IMG/VR virus record: IMGVR_UViG_3300035208_007487
Strand: one strand, 5' to 3'
Source of the DNA: a virus
Taxonomy: Duplodnaviria > Caudoviricetes
Length of the DNA stretch: 64,000 nucleotides
Numbering within the stretch: the first letter of the stretch is position 1; each line of letters opens with the position of its first letter. Positions 58,069 to 64,000 of this stretch are shown piece after piece. Made by a program: the position numbers and the translations under genes. The notes under the pieces were generated by a model. The model saw nothing but the letters and a program-made list of their open reading frames with translations, searched no databases and was not told the origin of the DNA.

Positions 58069-59208
58069 ATGAGTAAACGCTTTGATATGGGAAAAATGAT
58101 AGCTGCTACTGGTAATGAATATGTTACCGCAGCAGGAGATCCAAAAGGTATAACTGATGAATATATTTCAACTGGATCATATGCTTTAAATGCTTTGATC
58201 TGTGGATCAATATTTGGAGGAATACCTAACAACAAATCTGTAATGTTTGCAGGTATTGAATCAGTAGGTAAATCTTTATTTACTGGATTTATTTGTAATT
58301 CTGCAATGAATATGGGTTATAAAGCTTTTTATTTTGAAACTGAAGGTGCAACTGATGAAAATACATTCAAGGGATTCAAAAAAACAAAAGGTGTAGATTA
58401 CGCAATATTACCAATTAAGACTATTGATGACTTGAGATTACAAGCATATCAAATTATTGATATGTATAAAGCATATTACAATAGCTTAAGTGCCGAAGAA
58501 TACCTAAAACGCCAAAAGATATTAATGGTAGTTGATTCAATAGGTATGTTAGGTTCTACTGCAAATATTAAAAATTTAGCTAAAGGCGAGATCAAAAGAG
58601 ATTTAACCAAACAGCAAGCATTAAGGGAATTATTCAGAGATATTACAGTTGATTTAAATATTTTAAAAATACCATTGATACCAGTAAATCATGTATACGA
58701 AACTATAGATCCTTATGGAGAGAAGTTTAAAGTATCAGGTGGTGGAGGTGGAAGATATGGAGCTTCTTCAATTATCACATTAAGTAAGACTAAAGTAAAA
58801 GACTCTACTAAGAAATTTCAGTTAGGTGTTATCATTAAAGCAAAGGCACCGAAGTCCAGATTCATCCAAGAGAATAAAGAAGTTGAAGTTTATTTAGATT
58901 TTAAAAAAGGATTAGATCCTTTCTACGGATTAAATAAATTTTTAGCTGATGAAACTATTCTAGCAAAAACCAAGAATAAAGAAGTTAGTGAATATTATTT
59001 AATCTATAGAGGAAAAAATGAATCTGGCGAATATGATACTGTTAAAGGAAATCCATTCAAAGATAAGCAAATTAGAGATGAAATTTTACCGTTAATTGAT
59101 GAAAAGGTAAAAGAAGATTTCTGTTTTGGTTCATCTGGATTAGGTAATGAAGATGATGAAGATTATTTAGATGACGTTGAAGTGGAAACTACAGAAGAGG
59201 TTGAATAG
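58069..59208 (+). CDS. uvsX: RecA-like recombinase UvsX
   Basis: STGSYALN, GIESVGKS, VVDSIG, NHVY, SGGGG. Confidence 0.92.
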   Translation: MSKRFDMGKMIAATGNEYVTAAGDPKGITDEYISTGSYALNALICGSIFGGIPNNKSVMFAGIESVGKSLFTGFICNSAMNMGYKAFYFETEGATDENTFKGFKKTKGVDYAILPIKTIDDLRLQAYQIIDMYKAYYNSLSAEEYLKRQKILMVVDSIGMLGSTANIKNLAKGEIKRDLTKQQALRELFRDITVDLNILKIPLIPVNHVYETIDPYGEKFKVSGGGGGRYGASSIITLSKTKVKDSTKKFQLGVIIKAKAPKSRFIQENKEVEVYLDFKKGLDPFYGLNKFLADETILAKTKNKEVSEYYLIYRGKNESGEYDTVKGNPFKDKQIRDEILPLIDEKVKEDFCFGSSGLGNEDDEDYLDDVEVETTEEVE

Positions 59209-59234
59209 ACAATCTCTTTGTTTAAAGGAGATTC

Positions 59235-60602
59235 ATGAATAGCTTAGATGATTTTAGTAATTTAACACCGACTGAAATAGAAGATATTGTTTTAAGATAC
59301 TGTTTTAAAAATCATGAAGCGGGAGATAAAATATTCCCGCTATTAACCCCTGATCTTTTTCAAGATGAAGTGACTCAAAGGATAATAGTAGCCATACAAG
59401 GTTATTTCAATGAATTCAGTAGATACCCTAGACCTAGAGAATTATATGATTTTAAATTACAAACTAAAGATGAAAAATCTAGATTTGATGAAATAGGTAA
59501 AATCAATTTAAGCTATTATACTGATGATTTAATTAAATTAGAGATAGAAAAATTCATTAGAGGTAAATTAACATACTTAGCAATCAAAAAGACTGCTGAG
59601 GAATGGAAAGCTAATAACTACAACACTATGACACCTGTTGTAGAGGAAATCAAAAAAGCAGTTAATTTCACCATTAATACAAAGGTTGGAATATCTGTTA
59701 AAAAAGATTTTGATTCTCTAATGGATTATTTACAAAAAAAGATAAAAATGGTGCCTAGTGCTTTTACTGCATTAAATGGATTAATAGATGGTGGGCATCC
59801 TGCAAAAGCAGTTACCATGTATTTTGGAGAAGCAAATATAGGTAAAACTACCTTCTTATGTAACGATGCCGCATTTGCAATAGCACATGGTTATAGTGCA
59901 TTATACGTGACATTAGAAATGCCAGATTTTGAGATATTCAAAAAAATTGCAGCTAATCTATTAGAAGTACCTGTAAATAAACTTAAAGATGCTAATACTA
60001 GTGAATTAAAAAAGAAAATGGAAGGATTATGCAAGGCTGATTTAAAGATAATCGAGTATCCTTCTTTTGAAATGACTGCATATGATTTGAGAAATATATT
60101 AAGCGAATTAGCATATAAAGAGCATTTTAAGCCTGACATTATTTTCATTGATTATGTGAACTGTATGCTTTCCAGTAAACAAAGTGGAGGGCAGCGCCAT
60201 GAAGATCTTGGATATATAATGAAAGAGCTTGAGAACATCGCTAAAGAATTTGATTTACCAATAGTAAGCTGTTCTCAATTGAATAGAGATGGGTATGGTA
60301 CATTAGAAGTATCTGCAAAAAATATTGGAGAATCAATTGATATAATTAAGTATTGCGCACAAGGTTATGCAATTATGAGAGATCCTACTATGAAATCAAA
60401 GGGATTATTTTTAGTTAAAATATTAAAAAATAGATATGGACCTAATGAATTGCAATTTTATTTAAAAGGAAGAATGGAAATAATGAAAATAACAGATGCA
60501 ACTAGGAATGAAGTTGAATCTATACAAACTTCTATACAAACACAAAATGTAGTTGATGCTGATGGAGCCACAGTGGAGAGTGTATTTGATGATCAAAAAT
60601 AA
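59235..60602 (+). CDS. Replicative helicase (T4 gp41/DnaB-like)
   Basis: GEANIGKT, TLEM, IDY, SQLNR, KNRYG. Confidence 0.93.
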   Translation: MNSLDDFSNLTPTEIEDIVLRYCFKNHEAGDKIFPLLTPDLFQDEVTQRIIVAIQGYFNEFSRYPRPRELYDFKLQTKDEKSRFDEIGKINLSYYTDDLIKLEIEKFIRGKLTYLAIKKTAEEWKANNYNTMTPVVEEIKKAVNFTINTKVGISVKKDFDSLMDYLQKKIKMVPSAFTALNGLIDGGHPAKAVTMYFGEANIGKTTFLCNDAAFAIAHGYSALYVTLEMPDFEIFKKIAANLLEVPVNKLKDANTSELKKKMEGLCKADLKIIEYPSFEMTAYDLRNILSELAYKEHFKPDIIFIDYVNCMLSSKQSGGQRHEDLGYIMKELENIAKEFDLPIVSCSQLNRDGYGTLEVSAKNIGESIDIIKYCAQGYAIMRDPTMKSKGLFLVKILKNRYGPNELQFYLKGRMEIMKITDATRNEVESIQTSIQTQNVVDADGATVESVFDDQK

Positions 60603-60924
60603 AGAAAAAGATAGTTCAATTGTAAATTGGATAGATGTAATTAATGAAAAATTACTAATAATAGGGGTGTCATTAAAAACAGACATTTCTATATTAGGTA
60701 AGCATAAAATTGAGTTTAATGAAATAATTAGAGATTTATTAGATGATCATCCAAATAGTTTATTAAACAATATCATAATGTCAATGAAAGAATATTATGA
60801 AGTTGAAGAATTATATTCAATATTAGATGAGCAAAATAAATCAATATTATTGAGACATGCTAGTGAGTATTATAATATTCCATTAGTAAAGAAATCAAAC
60901 AAACGATCATCTAAAAAAAGATAA
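60589..60924 (+). CDS. Possible late-transcription coactivator (gp33-like)
   Basis: Size, helical pattern and position before gp32; weak. Confidence 0.4.
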   Translation: MIKNKEKDSSIVNWIDVINEKLLIIGVSLKTDISILGKHKIEFNEIIRDLLDDHPNSLLNNIIMSMKEYYEVEELYSILDEQNKSILLRHASEYYNIPLVKKSNKRSSKKR

Positions 60925-60930
60925 AATTAG

Positions 60931-60999
60931 TATAAATACTTATTACCCAGCAATAAATGTTGGCTAATAAGAAAATAAAAAATGAAAAAGGAAATAAAA
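60931..60999 (+). promoter_or_regulatory. Late promoter TATAAATA, hairpin and A-rich leader of gp32
   Basis: cttatta-c-ccagca/tgttgg-c-taataag stem, then an unstructured A-rich tract. Confidence 0.6.
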
Positions 61000-61938
61000 A
61001 TGAAAACAAGTAGTTTAATAGCAGACATGGAATCAATTGATGAAACATTAAATGCAATAAATGGAAATAAAAAAACATTTGAAAAAGACCCTCGCCAATT
61101 TAGACCTAATTTAAAAAATGAAAAGAAAGAATATAGAGCTACAGTTAGATTCTTGAGTCAAGGGATTCAGCAAGTAGCAAAGAAAGCATATTTCATCGAA
61201 AGATGGGATCATGCATTTATTGAGAATGGACAATGGTATATCGAGCGTTGCCCATCATTAATAAACAAGCAATTAGGCGTTAAGGATCATAAGTGCCCTG
61301 CTTGCATTAGCAATCGTAGAGATTATAATTCTAAGCAAGAAGTTTTAGTTCAACGAGCACATGATCGTAAGATTAAAAAAACTTATGTGACCAATATTTT
61401 AGTAATTGATGATCCGCAGTTTCCAGAGAATAATGGAAAAATAATGTATTGGAATATGCCTTATGAAATTGTTAAATTAATTGAAATTAAATGGCATCCT
61501 GAATCTAAAAAGAGATCACCATCTAATCCTTATTGCCCAATCAAAGGCTATGCATTAGATTTAGTATTAAAGATAAATCCATCCACTGGATATGCTACAT
61601 ATGCTGGATCTGAATGGTTAGAGCCTGAGCCAATTTATGAGAATGAAGAAGAAATTGTTAAATTATTAAATTCAACAATTGATTTGGATGAATTTTTATC
61701 TGAACCTGATAAATTTAAGTCTTTTGATGAATTAAACAATCGTTTCCTTAAAGTTACATCAGGTGGAGTTATAATAGATTCTCCAATGAATACGATAATT
61801 GTTGACGATAAGCCTACTACTGCTTTAGATAAAGTTACTTCAAGTATTACTACATCAGCATTAGCAGCAGACGTTCCAGATAAGCCGGTTGAAGGTGGCG
61901 AAGTTTCAACTGAAGATGATAGTTGGCTAGAAGATTAA
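61000..61938 (+). CDS. Single-stranded DNA-binding protein (T4 gp32-like)
   Basis: DPR..P, VRFL, H.F..G.WYIE.CP..CP.C, NILVI.DP..PENNGK, acidic tail; alternative start 60982. Confidence 0.92.
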   Translation: MKTSSLIADMESIDETLNAINGNKKTFEKDPRQFRPNLKNEKKEYRATVRFLSQGIQQVAKKAYFIERWDHAFIENGQWYIERCPSLINKQLGVKDHKCPACISNRRDYNSKQEVLVQRAHDRKIKKTYVTNILVIDDPQFPENNGKIMYWNMPYEIVKLIEIKWHPESKKRSPSNPYCPIKGYALDLVLKINPSTGYATYAGSEWLEPEPIYENEEEIVKLLNSTIDLDEFLSEPDKFKSFDELNNRFLKVTSGGVIIDSPMNTIIVDDKPTTALDKVTSSITTSALAADVPDKPVEGGEVSTEDDSWLED

Positions 61939-61961
61939 TAGTAAAAAATAGTCTAAATATT

Positions 61962-61988
61962 AAGAGTGCTGAAAGGCGCTCTTTTTTT
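61962..61988 (+). terminator. Rho-independent terminator after gp32
   Basis: agagtgct-gaaa-ggcgctct followed by a T-run. Confidence 0.7.
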
Positions 61989-62534
61989 ATGTCTAAAAAT
62001 CCAGAAGAATTTAATAAAATAAATGAGTTATTTAATAACGGATATTTAAACCTAATAAAAAATATTCCAAATAGAGATGATATTGATTATAAACAAAATA
62101 TGAAAAAATTCATCAAACATAACTTAGATTATGATGTTAAACTAAAAAGGAAAGAACTCAGAAAGTTAACATCACACATAAGTATCAAAATTAACTATTT
62201 TGTATCAAAAATTAATTCAGAGCAATTAGATTATATTGATATTAAAAAAGAATACATTAAAATTGAAAATACTTTATATAAGTACACTGAGCATAGGATG
62301 TTTAATAATATTAAAATATGCAAAGATACCAATTTATCATTGATGATGATACAAGATGAATATAGTGATCCAACTTCTTATAGATTTAATTTTATATTTT
62401 TTTATAGAATGGCTGAAAATGGAATAAAACAAAATTATATTCAATGCAGAAATACTATTAAAAAATATGAAACTACTTTAAAGATATTAAAAAAGATGAA
62501 GAGGGAAGTTGTATACCTGAATTCGCTCTATTAG
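61989..62534 (+). CDS. Hypothetical basic protein
   Basis: Likely start MSKNPEE after the terminator. Confidence 0.5.
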   Translation: MSKNPEEFNKINELFNNGYLNLIKNIPNRDDIDYKQNMKKFIKHNLDYDVKLKRKELRKLTSHISIKINYFVSKINSEQLDYIDIKKEYIKIENTLYKYTEHRMFNNIKICKDTNLSLMMIQDEYSDPTSYRFNFIFFYRMAENGIKQNYIQCRNTIKKYETTLKILKKMKREVVYLNSLY

Positions 62535-62544
62535 TTATCATTAT

Positions 62545-63663
62545 ATGATGGTGACGAAATACATTCCACTTGAAGCCTATCAAGAATATCTGGAAAAGAT
62601 TGTTGAAGATGGTGCAGTAGAAGTAGCTAGTGAAAGTAAGCTACTGTTTAGATGTCCAATATGTGGAGATTCAAAGAAAAGTAAATCAAAACGAAGGGGT
62701 TTCTTATTAAGTGATGGCGAGCATGCCACAATGGGATGTTTAAAATGTGGAGTTAGAATACCATTTTATTATTATCTAAAGACTGAACATTCAGCATTAT
62801 ATAGTGACTGGATTATGAATGTTTATGTTTTTGATAAAGAATATGAAAAAAAAGAAGAAGAATTTGCAAAAGAAACATGCTATGTAGATTATTCGGAATT
62901 TTATCCATTAACCGATAAAACAGCACCAACGATACGAAATAGCGCCTTGCATTTAATAAACAGCAGAAAAATACCTAAATTAATTGCAAAAAAATTATTG
63001 TATTCTTATTCTGGAAAATTTGCAAATAGATTAATATTTCCATATTATATGAGAGATGGATCTTTTAAATATTTTGAAGCTAGAGATTTAGGAAATAATG
63101 ATATTCAAAAATATAAGTTTCCGACTGCATTACCTCAAGAATATTATAATTTAAATTTTGTTGATAAAAATAGATTATTTTTTATTTTTGAAGGATTAAT
63201 AGACTCATTTTTTATAGAAAATTCTATTACATCAGGTGGAGCTACTAAAATTGGTACATTATTAAGTGAAATAGATAAAAAATATCATAAAAATGCTGTT
63301 TTAATTTTTGATGGAGATATTGTAGGAATACGCCAAGCCTATAGATATTTTAAAAAAGGTTATAAAGTGTTTGTGTGGAATGAATCAATGTTAAAATTAT
63401 CAAAAGATGGTAAAATTGACATGAATGAATTAGTTATTAAAGGGTTCTTTGATTCTGTTTTAGATAAAAGTGGTAGAATACCTGAATCAAAAATAATGAA
63501 ATACGTTATGGTGCCTAGCATTTATAATTTGTTAGAATTTGAAATGTATTACTCAAGAATGGGTTTTGAGTTAGAGGAAAAGCTAGATGCTAAATTTATT
63601 CACAAAAGAGCAATTGAACCAGTTAAAAATAATAGGAATAAACGGAAAAGCGGGGTCCGGTAA
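62545..63663 (+). CDS. DNA primase (T4 gp61-like)
   Basis: FRCPICGDS..KRRG..C..CG; TOPRIM FEGLIDS, FDGD. Confidence 0.92.
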   Translation: MMVTKYIPLEAYQEYLEKIVEDGAVEVASESKLLFRCPICGDSKKSKSKRRGFLLSDGEHATMGCLKCGVRIPFYYYLKTEHSALYSDWIMNVYVFDKEYEKKEEEFAKETCYVDYSEFYPLTDKTAPTIRNSALHLINSRKIPKLIAKKLLYSYSGKFANRLIFPYYMRDGSFKYFEARDLGNNDIQKYKFPTALPQEYYNLNFVDKNRLFFIFEGLIDSFFIENSITSGGATKIGTLLSEIDKKYHKNAVLIFDGDIVGIRQAYRYFKKGYKVFVWNESMLKLSKDGKIDMNELVIKGFFDSVLDKSGRIPESKIMKYVMVPSIYNLLEFEMYYSRMGFELEEKLDAKFIHKRAIEPVKNNRNKRKSGVR

Positions 63664-64000
63664 GGATTTCATAGCTAAAAACTGTTATCCTAGATATTTT
63701 CAAATCGCTTTTGCTGATCATTTTAAATATGATTTAGTTGGTAAAAAAATACGCACATATGAAGATGTATATGTAACTAAGACACCTGAGACTAGACATA
63801 TCATGCAAGAATACGGAACAGAAAAAGGCCGTAATGTGTATGGCGAGGATGTTTGGATTAATTGTACTGAATCTATGATATATAATATTTTTAATAGAAA
63901 TCATATACAGGATTTTATATTTCCAGATGTTAGATATGATAATGAAGCTCAATTTATTAGAAATTTAGGTGGAATTGTTATTTCAATTGAATCAAATAGA
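63587..64000 (+). CDS. Deoxynucleoside monophosphate kinase (T4 gp1-like), runs off the window
   Basis: Hand translation: IIGINGKAGSGKD..FAD..R..MQ.YGTE.GR..W..PDVRYDNE..GG. Confidence 0.88.
   Translation, partial: MLNLFTKEQLNQLKIIGINGKAGSGKDFIAKNCYPRYFQIAFADHFKYDLVGKKIRTYEDVYVTKTPETRHIMQEYGTEKGRNVYGEDVWINCTESMIYNIFNRNHIQDFIFPDVRYDNEAQFIRNLGGIVISIESNR

Noticed and set aside
950-63952. Many short antisense or overlapping ORFs in the track (e.g. 950-1198, 5336-5599, 41088-41405, 63734-63952)
   Set aside because: They lie opposite or within well-supported genes and look like shadow ORFs; 63734-63952 is antisense to the dNMP kinase
1-64000. Stop-codon reassignment
   Set aside because: Core genes are full length in the standard code, and TAA, TAG and TGA all act as stops

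Overview
AT-rich 64-kb segment of a large T4-like (Tevenvirinae-like/jumbo) dsDNA phage genome in the standard genetic code. Positions 1-8.4 kb (+) carry tail fibre and virion structural genes. Positions 8.4-44.2 kb (mostly -) carry accessory and metabolic genes: a tyrosine-phosphatase-like protein, gp62/gp44/gp45 clamp and loader, GroES, HNH nucleases, a glycosyltransferase cluster, a TnpB-only IS607-like element, a dUTPase gene fractured by a split intein and a free-standing endonuclease, holin/endolysin, a complete PncB-NadM/Nudix-NadE NAD+ operon, ThyX, a macrodomain, gp4, class II RNR, RNase H, a nucleotidyltransferase, an M15 peptidase, UvsW and UvsY. At the strand switch (44.2-44.9 kb) lie an exact 106-bp duplication and a highly structured G-tract-containing putative RNA, a candidate R-loop replication origin. 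Positions 44.9-64 kb (+) hold the replication core: gp46, gp55, gp47, a glycosyltransferase, intein-containing gp43, UvsX, gp41, gp33-like, gp32, gp61 and dNMP kinase. Highlights are the phage-encoded deamidated (Preiss-Handler) NAD+ pathway, the split-intein dUTPase, the candidate origin RNA, pervasive leaderless-type promoter/start architecture and several catalytically degenerate pseudoenzymes. All calls come from motif reading; no database search was run.
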